DNA from: Phaeosaccion multiseriatum
Lineage: Eukaryota > Protista > Ochrophyta, other classes
Direction: 5' to 3'
Assembly (NCBI GenBank): GCA_965112735.1
Contig: OZ218964.1
Coordinates: 1,550,001-1,614,000 of the forward strand
Length of the DNA: 64,000 nt
Every line of letters begins with the position of its first letter. Position 1 is the stretch's first letter. Both the position numbers and the translations under genes were made by a program. The notes under the pieces were generated by a model, which searched no databases, was not told the origin of the DNA, and saw only the letters and a program-made list of their open reading frames with translations. Of the stretch, positions 1 to 24,591 are shown piece after piece.

Positions 1-357
1 GTCGGTGATGAAGGAGGCACCTCATTGATGATAGACGAAGGAGGGGGCACCGCCAGCGATGGAGGAGGCGTCAGGGGGTGGAGCACGGCGGTGGGAAGGA
101 GGCAAGAGGGGCTTGCTTGCAGAGGAAGGAGGGAGGGGCGGGGGTGGTGGCCGTGAGGGAGGGGGCTGTGGAAGTCCGACACGAGAGGGGGGCATCGACG
201 TAAGAAAAAGTAGAGACGGAGTCCAAATCTATTTGATCCATCAGAGGTAGTGATCCATCAGGTGCAGTGATCCATCAGTCTCTCACCAAATCGATGTCTG
301 CTTGCCTCTTTCCTCTTCCCTGTTTTGCTCTTGTGTATATGTGTGTGTGTGTTTTAG

Positions 358-758
358 GTGAACCTGCCCATCCCCGAGGACGGCAATCTCATCTCCATGC
401 CCCTCCAAGTGCGTCGCTTAGTGCTGGAGAAGCTTCTGTGCAAGCAGCCACACAGGTAAGGAAGGAAGGAAGAAAGGGAGGAAGGAAGGAAGGAAGGAGG
501 GAGGGAAGGAAGGAAGGAAGGAAGGAAGGAAGGAAGGAAAGGCCCCTTGCCTCTCCTCTCCCAGGGAGTGAGTTAAGTACCTTGGGCCGGCGGGTCCAGC
601 CACTGTGGTGGTGTTTGGGGCGGGTGCGTCTATAACCCAAGTACAAGTACCAGGGTCCCATGCTGCTCTGTGTTTCTCTCTTTCTCCTCATTCTCTCTAT
701 CCTCTCTATCCTCTCTCGCGTCTCTTTCTCTCTCTCCTTCCTCTCTGCAGCCCCCCGC

Positions 759-797
<39 letters not shown>

Positions 798-1989
798 GTT
801 TGCCTTTGCCTCACACAAAGTTCCATTCGGCCCTCGTTTTCTTTCCCTCCCACCTCCACTCAGAGTGGAGATTGTAGAACACAAATACCTACCCGGAGCG
901 ACGCCGGGCGGCATCAGCGACGCCAAGCGGCGAGAGGACATTGTGTTTGATTTCTTTGACCTCAAGGCCATCTTTAACAATCACGAAGGCATCATCGTCA
1001 AGGATCTCACCACTCCCTACCACTTCGGAGAGGACAGCAAGTCCAAACGTGAGTGAGGGATGGAGGGAGAGAGAGAGGGAGAGAGGCGGAGAGGGAAGGA
1101 GGAATGGAGGGATGGAGGGAGGGAGGGAGAGAGAGAGGGAGAGAGGGGGAGATGGAAGGAGGAATGGAGGGAGGGAGGGAGGGAGGGAGGGAGGGAGGGA
1201 GGGAGGGAGGGAGGGAGGGAGGGAGGGAGGGAGGGAGGGAGAGGGAGGGGGGGAGGGAGGGGAAGGGGGGGGATAGAGGGAGGGAGGGAGGGGGAGGGAG
1301 AGAGGGAGGGCGGGAGAGATGGCGGGTGGGAAGAAGGAAGGGAGGGAGGAAGGGAGTGAGTGAGGGAGGGGAGGGGAGTGCAGTTGCGTGTGGTGCGTTG
1401 CTTCCCCCCCCCATCCCTCCCTCAAAGGCATGGTGTAACTCATCCACTAGAGTAGACAGAGGATGGTGGGCATGTGGGCTTGAGGGTGTACTTCCATTGA
1501 GCGTGCGTGCGCCCCGATACAATATCGCACAACGCTACTTCCTTCTACAGGCCCGTCTTCCAACCATCCAACCACTCAACCCTCCGCCTCCCCTGCCCAT
1601 GTGCCTGCCTATCCAACTAGGTGCATGGCTGAAGATGAAGCCCGACTACACGGACGGGGTGGACAGCCTCGACCTCCTAATCCTAGGGGTGATGGACGCG
1701 GGGGGGTCGAGAGCAGGGGTCGTCCCGTCTAGGTAGGTAGGGACTTGGGGAGGAAGTGTCCGTAGGTGTTGTGTTACTTCATCGCCGTGGGGTTGAGTGC
1801 CTGCACGGCTCTTTCCTTTTCACCTTTCACCCCACCCCCAATGACAATTTTTTTGAATTCAGCTCAAACTCAAAACGTAGTCTACGATGGTACTGTACCC
1901 GGGTTAGTCGTTCGTTGGCTTATCCCTTACAACCATCCCTCTCCCCTCCTTGCCTACCGTATCCGTCGCCTCGCCCGTCTGTCTACCTG

Positions 1990-2049
<60 letters not shown>

Positions 2050-2332
2050 GGAGTCAGGTTTCTGCTGGGGATTGCAGAACCACCCGTCGTAGCGGGCGCC
2101 GAGCCGACAAAGTTCCACAGCGTGGCCAAAGTAGGGAGCGGTCTCACCACCGAGGAGGCGACGGAGCTGTGGCGCAGGTTCAAAGACAAGTTTCAGGACA
2201 GGGACAAGATGAACCTCAACTTCATCAGGAAGGCCGTGGCAGGAGATGTCATGCTGGATGGAGAAGTCAGGAGGTGCATCCGGCCCCAGGACAGCTTCAT
2301 TTTGGAAGTCAGGTAGCCTATTCTCTCCCCTT

Positions 2333-2363
<31 letters not shown>

Positions 2364-5300
2364 ATGTGTGTGTGTGTGTGTGTGTATGTGTGTGTTGCGC
2401 GTGCCTTTCGTCATCCCTTTGTTTTTTTGTCGGGTTATTATTCACTTCACTCTCTCAACGACTCTCCTTACGAATCAATTGTGCAAGTCGCCTCTTCCCC
2501 TCTTCCTGCACATTCTGAGCATTCTTTGCCTTTGGACTTGCCCCTCGCTCCGTCCCTCCCTCCCTCCCTCCCTCTCTCCCTCTCTCCTTCTCTCCCTCTC
2601 TCCCTCCCTCACTTCCTCACTCACTCACTCACTCACTCCCTCCCTCCCTCCCTCTCTCTCTCTCTCTTCTCCTCCCCCCCCTCCCTCTCTCCCTCTCTCG
2701 CTCTCCCTCTCTCCCTCCCTCCTTCCCTCCCTTCAGATGTGCCGAGATTGTCAAGTCCAATGCCTTTAGCTGCGGTTACACTCTGCGCTTCCCCCGCGTG
2801 GTGGGTGTGCGGTACGATAAGAAGTGGACCGAGGTAAGCGAAGGAGGGACGGAACGAACGAGCGAACGCCTCTTTGATGCGCTTTTTCTCCTTGAGAGGG
2901 GGAGGAGGAGGGGGAGGGAGGGAGGGAGGAGGAGGGAGGAGGGAGGAGGGAGGAGGAGGAGGAGGAGGAGAAGGATGAAGAGGAGGAGGAGGAGGAGGAG
3001 GAGGAGGAGGAGGAGGAGGAGGAGGAGGAGGAGGAGGGAGGACTGGAGATAGAGGGGAAGGGGTGTGGATTGAGTAGGAGGAGGAAGGGAGGGAATTGGT
3101 TAGGGTGAGAGGAGGGAAGGGGGGGGAAGGAGAGGCAGAGAGGGAGGAAAGGGGAACTAACAGGCGGGAGGGGAGGATGGAGATTGCTAAGGGTGTCGTC
3201 ATTCGATGCAGTGAACGCTTTCCTATTAACCTTGATGTGCAATGTTCTCGATGCGATCGATCGGCGATGGGACGTAGTGCGAGACGACAAGATCCTTCAA
3301 AGACGCTCGCAATGGAGGGCGGAAGGCCATCTCCAGAGACGGCAAGGGCGGCTCCAAGAGGAGGAAAACGGCGGCCAAGAAGAGGTGGGGCATCTTAGTG
3401 GCAAGCAAGAGGATGAGGTGTTCGGTGTGTTACGTCTTTCTGTGCATGCGTGGTGTGTGGGGGGCGCTTCTCTCTATATTTTCCTGCCATCTCCCTCTCT
3501 CTGCCTCTTTCTTCCCATCTCTCTCCCTCACTCTCTGCCGGTCTTCTTCTCTCTCTCCTTCTCTCTGTCTCTCTCTTCCCCTCTCCCTCTCTCCCCCTTC
3601 CCCTCTCTCTCACGCTCCCTCCCCCCTCTCCCTGGCGCTCCTTGGCAGGCCCCGTGGCAAGGTCGTGGCGGACGTGCTTTCGGACGTAAGCGACGTGCAG
3701 GTAAGCGACGACTGCCAATGTATACATGTTGGTGATATAAGACATGGGGCACTGCTCGGGCAATGCACTTTCTCTGCTCTGTCGGTGACACCTTCCTCGT
3801 GTATCTGCTCTTCCTCTCCCTCTCCCTCTCCCTCTCCCTCTCCCTCTCCCTCCCTCGCCCTCTCCCTCTGCTGCCATCCCCTGCCATCTCCTGCCATCCC
3901 CTGCCATCCCTTGCCTTAGGTGGTGGGCAAGGCCTTTGTGATGGTTGATGAGGCCACCGGCACAGAGACGTCGCTGGAGATCTGCATCCTGCCCAGCCCT
4001 AACTTCAAACTAGAGGTGCGTGGGGTGTAGCGTATTCCTTCTCTCTCTCGGTGGGAGGCAGAGCTAGGGGTGTAGCGTATTCCTTCTCTCTCTCGGTGGG
4101 AGGCACGCAGAGAGTGTGTTCCATTCTCTCTTGTTGTCGTAATGGGTCGCACTTCGGTTTCCCCGCTCTTCGAAACAAAGCATGCGACTTTACTTTCTTC
4201 GGTTACGTGAGGACACAATAGAACCCTCAAAGCTCTTTTGTATGGGTTTCCGTTGCTGACAGACTCCGCCCTCGGACAACCACGAAAAGAGAGTAGCAGC
4301 AGCACCCGCGGGCGGAAAAGCAGCAGCAGGAGGAGGAGAAGCAGCAGCTGCAGCAGCAGCAGCAGCAGGAGGAGGAGGAGGAGGAGGAGGAGGTGGTGGT
4401 GGAGGAGGAGGAGGAGGAGCTGGAGGGAGGGCAGGCGGGGCAGTGAAAGCCGAGGAAAGTAGCAACGGTGGTCAGGCCTCGAAAGCCACAAAGGCCGATG
4501 GAAAGGAGGGCGAAGGGGGGATTGTGCAGCAGCAGAGGAAGAAGAAATACACGATTGAAGAGCTCAGTAAGCTCGTCGTTGCGCACGGCGGGACGGTGGT
4601 GGCCAATCCGGGAGAAAACACCGACTTTGTCGTCATGGGGCAAAGCTATGTCCAGTCCAAGAATGTTATCCGGCGTGAGTAGTGGAAGGAAGGAAAGGGA
4701 AGAGAAGAGAAGAGAAGAGAAGGGAAGGGAAGGGAAGAGAAGGGAAGGGAAGGGAAGCGAAGGGAAAGGAGGGGGGGAGGGGAGGGAAGAGAAGAGAAGA
4801 GGAGGGGAGGGGAGGGGTGTGAGTGAAGAGGAGAGAACGGGAAGAGAATAGAAAGGGCATATGCCTGGTCTGTGACGGGTGGGCATTCTGTACATGTGTG
4901 TACATGTCACGTTTGAGTCTCTCCCGCATGATGCGCTGTGTGGGTTGGGTATCTCCACATACCCCAATAGGAATCAGTTTGCTGCGCTCAACTCTTCATT
5001 GCAACACCCCCCCCCCCGCAACTAGCCCTTGACTGCTGCCACTGCTGCTGCCCTTGCCCCTCCACCCCCCCTCCCCTTTCCACATGTTCCGCTGTTGCCC
5101 TACCAGAGGAGAAGTGGAGCGTGGTGGACTTTGAGTGGGTGCTGGACAGCGTCGATGCCGGGGTGTACACATATCCCCTCCTGCACCAGTTCAGATACAT
5201 TCCGGAGTCCATGCAGGTGGGTGGGTGAGTGAGTGGGTGAGTGAGTGAGTGAGTGAGTGAGTGAGTGGGTGAGTAAGTACGTGAGTGAGTGAGTGAGTGA

Positions 5301-6011
5301 GTGAGTGAGTGAGTGAGTGGGGGCTCTCTGTCTCTCTCTCTCTGTGGACAGGCACGGCAAGCCGAGGGGGCGACCGCCAACCCTACGCTGTTTTGTGTTT
5401 GCTTGGTGTGGAATGTTGCCTCCTCTGCTCTACTCGCACTTTTTTTTCTTAGGTGACTCCTATAAGTCAATAAAGTCCTCTGGTCTGCTCTGGTCCTCTC
5501 CCGCGCTGCTTCACTACACTACACGAGGGCTCCACTAGTGTTCAAAGCAAGCTAGTCTCCAAAAAGGGACAGCGCGTTGTGTCGAACAACACTCGGCCTT
5601 TCACCAACCCCCCGCCCCGACCCAACCCCACATTCTGTCTCTCTCTCACACATACACATAAGCACACCCACTCTCACTCTCACTCTCAATATATCTCTCT
5701 CGTTCTCTCTTTTCTCTCTCTCTCCCTTTACAGGAGATTCTCGGTAAATACATGGACGTGTACGGTGACTTGTACGTCACGGACCTCACCCCGGGGAAGC
5801 TCAAGGTCCTTATGAACAGCGACAACATGACGGAGGAGAAACTGAGGTGAGCGAAAAACCTAGGCAAGGTAGAGACGTATATAGGCAGGGTAAAGGTGTA
5901 GTATATAGGCAGGACAGGGAAGATCGACGCGGCGTGTCCTCTCATCACGCCGTATCCACGCCGTGTTGTGTGTGTGTGTGTATGCGTGTGCCTGTGTGTG
6001 TCTGGGCGACG

Positions 6012-6044
<33 letters not shown>

Positions 6045-7382
6045 GGAAGCGGAGGCTCGAGCTCCGAGAAACAGAGGAAGGCCGAAAGCTCGTTCCCCAT
6101 GAGGTGCCCCTGCCCTGGAGAGAAGCCCTGTTGGAGGCGGAGGGGGAGGAGGACGGAGAGGCTCTTGCTGACATGATGGACACGCCCTTCAACTTCTTTT
6201 GGAGGAACGAGGCGAAGTTCTACGTGGACTGTTACACAACGCTTGGCGACGACGGGCTGGGATCCGACGACGGCCTGGGGTCCGAGGGGTCCGATGTGAG
6301 TGTGTGTTTTCATCTTATACTCTGCTTTGCTCTGTCTCTCTCTCTCTGTGTGTGTCTCTCTCTCTTGTGCTCTACTCTGCTATCCTCTTATGTATTTTAT
6401 CTCCCTCTCTTACGTCAACGTGCTCCTCCTTTCATCCTTTTACGCCACGCACTGAACGTCTGTGTGGCCGAGCGACTTCCTCCCCCTCCCCCCACTACCC
6501 GTTCATATCCGTCTACTCTCGCCCTTCCCCTGCGCTGTTCGTTCTTTGTCTCTTCTCCTCATCAACGGCGGCCCTCTCAGACAAGAAAAGGGCAGCCAGC
6601 GTCTTGTGGGGAGGGTCGGCAGAAGTCCCCCCTCTCGAGCTTGCCACACATGGAGCTCTTGCTGCGCTGCTACGGAGGCTCTGTGCAGCCCTCCCTCTCG
6701 CTTGGTGTGACCTACGTGGTGGTGGATCCGGAGGACCTGACTCGGCTGAAAGACATCCAGGCCAGAATCGGCAAACTCCACAAGCAACGGGTCAGTGTGT
6801 GTTGTTCCTATCTTTGTTCTTGGTCTTGCTCTTGTTTGTTTGCATCTTCGCATCTTCGTTTTTTTTGCTTGTTTGTTTGTTTGTATTTATTTATTAGGTT
6901 CGTGTTAAGAAGGCATTGTTTGGTGGCCCCTCCCCTCCCCTCCCCTCACCTCACCACCCATCCCCCCCCCCCGCCCCCCTCCTCCCATTCCGTCCTCCCC
7001 TCCTCTCACTCACCTTCTTCTTGTGTCATTTCTCTCCCCGCCCCGTCGAGCTTAGGAGGTGAAGAGCAACCGCATCAGACACACGCAAATTGTAACGCCT
7101 CTCTGGGTACGACACTGCATCGGCAAGGGCAAGATGGAGACGCCGGAGGAGGAGGGGCACAAGATCATCGGAGACGGGCAGGGGTGGGAAGCAGCCGGAG
7201 GGGGGGCTGCACGTAGGACGCTCCATGACCAGGGCCTTTTGCATGACATGGGCGCCGGGTGGAGCGAAGAGGATGAGGACGACGAAGGAGAAGAGGAAGA
7301 GAAAGAAGGAGGAGGAGGAGGAGGAGGAGGAGGAGGAGGAGGAGGAGGAAGAGACGCAGGAGTAAAGAAGATGGAGACTTGA
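358..7382 (+). CDS. LIG4: DNA ligase IV, 3' part (end of adenylation domain, OB-fold, two BRCT domains); 5' exons lie upstream of the window
   Basis: 14 phase-compatible GT-AG exons: 358-455, 864-1048, 1621-1732, 2058-2312, 2737-2833, 3278-3384, 3649-3700, 3920-4015, 4263-4674, 5107-5216, 5734-5846, 6046-6295, 6581-6790, 7056-7382. Ligase motifs EGIIVKD, WLKMKPDY, LDLLILG, KVGSG and TLRFPR. BRCT signatures HGGTVV..VDFEWVLDS and YGGSV..VTPLWVRHC. Inter-BRCT DVYGDLYVTD resembles the XRCC4-binding linker of LIG4. Confidence 0.92.
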
Positions 7383-7760
7383 CGTCCTTTCTTACCCCGT
7401 CAGAGAACAGCAGTGAAAGAGGGAGCGAGAGAGGGAGGAAGGAGGGGGGGAGAGAGACGGAGGAGGGAGATGGAGGGCCAGGCGGGCGAGCATATCGGCC
7501 CTAGACCGGGTAAGTGGCGTCGGCCCCTCTCGTAGGACCCTTGCTTGGACGCTCTCTCTCTCTCTCTCTCTCCCTCTCTCTCTTTCTCTCTCTCTCTTTC
7601 TTTCTCCCTCTCTCTCCCTCTCTCTCTCTCTCTCCACCTCTTTCTCTCTCTCTCTTTCTCTCTCTCTGTCCGTTTCTTTCTCTTTCTCTCTATCTCTTTC
7701 TCTCTCTCTCCCTTTCTTTCTTTCTCTCTCTCTCTTTCTCTCTCTCTCCCTCTCACTCTT

Positions 7761-7823
<63 letters not shown>

Positions 7824-7829
7824 ATCCCT

Positions 7830-7862
<33 letters not shown>

Positions 7863-8542
7863 CCCCTTTCGTGGAGGTCATGGGGAGTCGCGGGGTTGGG
7901 CTGAAGGGCGGAGTGAGCGCTAAGGGGGGCAAGTCCAGGGAGAGGGACTGACAAGCAGATGACCCGCAGATGACCCGCAGATGACCAGAGCGATGGCCAG
8001 CAGCAGATTACCAGCAGCAGACGACTGCGATCTCCCTCACGCGACCGAAGAAGACGGCTAACCAGTGACTTGCTCGTCCAGGTTGAGCAGCACCAGAGGG
8101 GGCGACGATGAGAGCGTACCGGAGTTTGAACAAAATGCGATAGGCTATGTGTAAACAGTGCTGTGGCTCTTCCGCCCACTCTTCCCTCTATGACTATTAT
8201 ATTAGAGCTGCAGGCCGGCACCTATGGACTCTTGTCGGGTCGGCTCTCACTCATGCCAAGTTCATAGGAGCTTTTGCTTGGAGACACTTTATTGAGTTGA
8301 ATTGAACTGTACCACCATAGAGCCTAAGAGTGCTGCTTACGGAGTGAAAGTGAATCCGACTATAACAGCAAGACCAAGAGGGTTGGTGCGATGGTGCGAT
8401 ACTCCTCCGCTGTGCTCTACCTCTATACCTCCCCTCCAGCACTTGAGCGAAGCGTCAGTGCGTAGTGGGGCCCTCTCTTTGCCTTAAGAACAAATGAATA
8501 AGCAGAAGGAAGCAGCAGCAGAAGCAGCAGCAGAAGCAGCAG

Positions 8543-8557
8543 CAGTTGGTGATACAG
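8543..8557 (+). repeat. Dispersed 15-bp element CAGTTGGTGATACAG (exact)
   Basis: In the EFL1 3' UTR, 8 nt past the stop codon, adjoining a CAG/GAAG tract. Confidence 0.9.
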
Positions 8558-8565
8558 AAGCCCTC

Positions 8566-19622
<11,057 letters not shown>

Positions 19623-20157
19623 GTCTATGCCCTGCTAATCAGAACAGTGGCAATGCCCGGTGCTTCAGTATTGAATTCTCATTGCTACTGCCATTACGTT
19701 GTTTGTCTTCTCCCGTTCTAGCGGATCTATCGGTCCGCGATCGGGATTGCGATGGATCGGCCCCTCCTGGCATGCATGTTGGACATCCAAAATCATGCCA
19801 TTTGCGGTGACTCGCTTACCCGTTCTGGACACGATCAATAAAAACACTATGTTTACGTCCGCACGAGGTAGAAAGTAACCAGGAGAGCTCTATGATACTC
19901 ATACAACCCTGAAGCAGTCCAAGGGATTTGAAGACAATCCGCTCAGTGCAGCTCTGGTGCTGGGGGGGGGTGCGCGCCAAAATCCGTTGAATCCGGTGCG
20001 CGCGGCGGGAGCACGAGAAGCGAGGGGAGACTTGAGGGGAAGAGGGTAGGACCTTCTCCCTTCCAAGACCCGCACCCACAGAGGTCTGAAAGTGCCGCGC
20101 AGCTGACCAGGGAGGAGGAGGGGAGGAGGTGGTGTGGTGTAAAACAGCGGAGCGGAT

Positions 20158-22663
20158 ATGGCGGAGGCCCTAATCTCGCCAAGGACAAAGTTCCGCAACC
20201 ATAAGAGCGCAGTCCACCACCAGGAGCAGCAGCAACATCAGCAGAATGCCGCGGCTTCCAACGTACCCAGCTGGACTGTGCCAGCCAGCTCCAGCACCCA
20301 TCGGATGCCTTCGGGTCGGGCGAAGAAGGGGCGCCATCTCAGTGCCCATGGACAGGAGGCGCAGCAGCAGCAGCAGCAGCCGCAGCAGAAGGCGGCAGTG
20401 GGTCCGACCATCTTCATCCAGGACTACGCCGTAGACAGGAGCGAGGTGACTGTAGACGCTGGTACTTCCGTACGCTGGATCAACCAGCACCCCCATGAGA
20501 ACATCCGCCTGGTCTGCCGGGAGAAGCCCGACACACAGGCAGGGGGGGAAACAACGGCAGCAGCAGACTGTGATGAAGGTATGCCGAAGAAGCACCCGCA
20601 GCAACCGCAGCAACAGCAGGAGGAGGTGTTTGAGATGGAGGTGGCAGCGAACGGGCACTCGTGTGATTGGGGCTTCCTCAAGCCCGGCGTCTTCGAGTAC
20701 CACGCCGTTCAGTATCCGATGATCAGAGGAACAGTCTATGTGTCCATGTCGAAGAAGAGATGCAGAGGCGGCGTGTCCAGCAGCAGCAGCAGCGGTGGTA
20801 CAGGCAGCAGTACTTTGTCACGGGGGAGCAGCGGCCGCATCCTCTCCCATTCTGTGAGGCAACCTTCAATAGGAGGAGCAGATGATTGTCTATCACGCAC
20901 CGGTGGCTCTCCTCCCAATAGGCGAACACGTAGCCCCATCCACGACGGTCAGCTGGAGGGCACGAGTGGAGATGGGGGGGACAGGGGAGCCCACCTCCGT
21001 AGCAGTGGCGACAGCACCCGAGGGAGTGGTATTTTGGGGCCGCGGGGTATCGGGCAGCAGGGGCAGGACCTGGAACAGTCCCCGCGGGTACGGTTCACGG
21101 CACAGCACTGCCCTGTCTCACGGGATAGTGACGACGAAGGCGTGGAGGGGGGGGCTCTGGGCTATGCCTTTGACACGGACGACAAGCCCGTTCACAGTGG
21201 AGAGCTGTGGAGCCAGATGAAGGCGTTTGAGCGTACGTTGCCTGGCGGTGGTGGTAGTGGTGGTGGTGAGCGTCGAGGGGACGGCATGGGCTCTGCTGTG
21301 GGTGGATCAGCAACAGGAGCAGCAGCAGCAGCAGCAGCAGCCGGAGGAGTGGGCTCGGAGACGGGGGGCAGTGCCTATGCCACAGTCACATCTACTGCCG
21401 CGGCATCGAGAGATTTGAGCGCGCGACAGAAGGGCTGGCAGGAGCAAGCCCAGCGGAAGGAGGAGCAGCAGCAGGTCAAACCGCATCTACTGAAGAGCGT
21501 ATCGAGAAGGGCGGCGGAGAAGAAAACATGCAGGCCGCAAATAGTGATGACCGACGCTGCGGCGGCGGATGTCAAGGGCGGAAATGGGGCGCTTGACTCT
21601 TCCTCTTCTTCTGGCGACGACGCGGGTCCGGATGACGAAATGGAGGGTATCAAGGGGGGAAGGGGGAGCGGGAGCGTAGACTATGGCGAGTTTGGAGAGG
21701 AGCAGCAAGGGGGGAGTGGGAGGGATGGCGCAGCAGCTGACAAAGACTTACGGCTGCGGGCCAATCGGCTGCGGCGTCAGCAGCCGAGGAGGAGGAGCGC
21801 GTCTGGGGGCGGTAGCAGTCCCTACCTGTCTCCTGCGACAAGCCCCGCCACTGCAGCCGCCAGTGTCGTGAGTAGCAGTGGTACCACCCGGAATCAGCAA
21901 CAGCAGAGGAAGAGCAGCAGCGGCGGCAGCAGCAGCAGTGGTTCGACGAAGCTGAACAAGCAGCGCCGCAAGCACAAGAAGGAAGCAGAGGAGAGGCTCC
22001 TTTTGATACCGTCCGTGCTCGCGTGTGGGGACGAAGGAGGAGAGGGTACCGCTTCTGGACCGTCCAGTGTGGAGAGTGGCTTCCTCGCTGCTGCTCAGCT
22101 ATCTCCGCACTTTTATCCCCTGCTATCTCCTTCGCCTTCGCAAGCGCAAGCGGCGAAGCGTGAAAGCGTGGGCAGCACGGGCAAGGCTGTCTCTCCCTCG
22201 TCCGTTTCTCCGTCATTGACCTGTCTCGTTGAGAAGGACAAGAAAGGCTTCGATGTGGGCGTTAGGGACACTCGAAAAGGAGCGGCAGGAGCAGCGGTGA
22301 AAAGGCGGAGTGAAGGATACGAGGGAGGAGGAGGAGGAGGAGGAGGAGGAGGAGGAGGAGGAGGAGGAGGAGGAGGAGGGGGAGGAGGAGGACGAGGAGA
22401 AGAAGGAAGTCCGCCGATCTTCCACCCTCTCGCCCCCCTCTATGGTTCCTTCCCCCCCACCGCACCGCAGCTGGCGACGACTGAGGCGGCAGCTGCTGGA
22501 GCCCCCACTCTTCCAACCGAGGGAGCATTGGGGCCTAAGGGAACGTCACCATTGGCCCCCATGGCAGCGGTATCAACACCTTCCCTGAACAGCAGCGTCC
22601 GCAAGGCCCCTATCGTCGCCTGCTCCCCAACCGCAAGCAGCACCACCGCCACGACCCCCGGTC

Positions 22664-22700
<37 letters not shown>

Positions 22701-24030
22701 GAAGAGGAGGAGGAGGAGGAGGAGAGTGAGATCTCGGACCGAGACCGCCACACCCCCTTCGCCACCGCAACGCAGTGTGGAGATGGTGTTGGACCACTAC
22801 GAGTTCGAGCCCCAGAGGGTCGAGGTGCCGCGTGGGACGGTCGTGGTCTTCCGGCTGGAGTCTGGCGGGGGTGGCTGCGAGCATGAGCTGGAGGGCAAGA
22901 TGGACAATGGGACGCTTGCCTTCCCAACCTCTCATGTGCTGAGCATGACTCCGGCTAAGGATGATGACGGTGAAGGTGGTGGTGTAGGGAAGAGCAGCAG
23001 GAGAGAGTACTCGGTGAAGCTGGACAAGCCCGGTCTGGTCACGGTGAAGTGTAAAATCTTCCCAGAGACCACGTGCTCCATCTGGGTGAAGGAGGGGGGG
23101 GGGGGAGAAGACGACGACGACGACGACGACGAGGAGGAGGAGGAGGAGCAGGAGGAGCGCATCGACGAAGACGAATACTTCGCCGACAGTGAGGCAGTAC
23201 TGAGGGTGGACGTTAGCGACGAAGAGCGGCAGGTGGAAGCGAAGACAGCGGACCCACGGATTCGGCAAGATGATGATGCAGAAGTGGGGAGGAGGAGGGC
23301 CACCACCGGAGGTGATGTTGAAGCAGCGATTCCCAGTGGGACAAGAGTGCCCACCGGGGACAGAGGGCACCAGGAAGGAACCGTTAAAGCTGGAGCTGAT
23401 GTTGTTGAGGTGAGAAAGAGTCAGAGAGGGCAAGGGTGGTGGGGGGGGGGGGGGGGATGAAGGGAGGACACCCTACGGCTGTATCACAAACCAAGGCGTA
23501 ATAGTGGTTCTAAATCTTCTTGACGGTTATTTTTTTTGCGCGCAGGAGAATGTGGAGGACGAACTCCAGCAGGAGGAGGGGCAGGAGCAGCAACCTCAAC
23601 AGCAAGAGGAGGAGCAGCGGCAGCAGAAGGAAGGGGAGGAGGAGCAGCGGTGGCAACACCACCAAGAGCAGCCACCGCAGCTGCGACTGCGAGGAGGAGG
23701 AGGAGGAGAGGGACGAGAGGAGAGTAACTCAGTCCCTCGCCAATGGGACGTGGCCATCTCATCGCTCGGCTTCAACCCTCCTACACTTCATCTCCGTGTA
23801 GGTGACTGGGTGCGGTGGTATGTACCATCGCCTTCCTCCACATCAGCCCCACCGGACGGAGGAGGTGTCCGCGGCAGCAGCACCACCACCACCGGCACGA
23901 GAAGGAGACGCAAGAGGAGGAGGAAGAGCGGCGCCCAAGGCATCGAAGAAGGGGCTTCAGATCACCACCACGACAGCGATGTCAGCTTTGGAAGCAGCGA
24001 GGAGGGGGATGGGGATCGCGGCGGCAGTGG

Positions 24031-24062
<32 letters not shown>

Positions 24063-24539
24063 TGCCAGAGGAGTCACATGACATATGGGTCAAGAAAGCT
24101 ATGAATCCGCGCGCCATGATCGAGAATGCGCTCGTCGACGATGGGGATACGAAACCAATCATTCGAATTAGCAATCGCAGTCGCGATGGTAGACACAGCA
24201 GCAGCGGCAAGAGAAGAGAAGAGCAGAAGGAGCAGGAGCAGCAATTTTCGTCGAGGACGAAATCGATTTCTTCGGCGGACCTCTCTGGGAGGAGGGTCTT
24301 CACGGAGGAAGGGGAATGGTCCATGGCATGCACGAAGTGCTTCTTCGAACCCGGCAAGATCTTTGTCGCACGCAGAGAGGAAGTGGGTCAGGAAGAGGAG
24401 GAGGAGGAGGAGGAGGAAGAAGAAGAAGAGCAAGAGAGCGGTGGTGGTGGTGGTGGCCGTGAAGATGCAATCGAGGAGAGCACCATCAGGGAACCGCTGT
24501 CGTCACCGGTGGCGCCACGGGTATCGACTGATGATGAGG

Positions 24540-24591
<52 letters not shown>

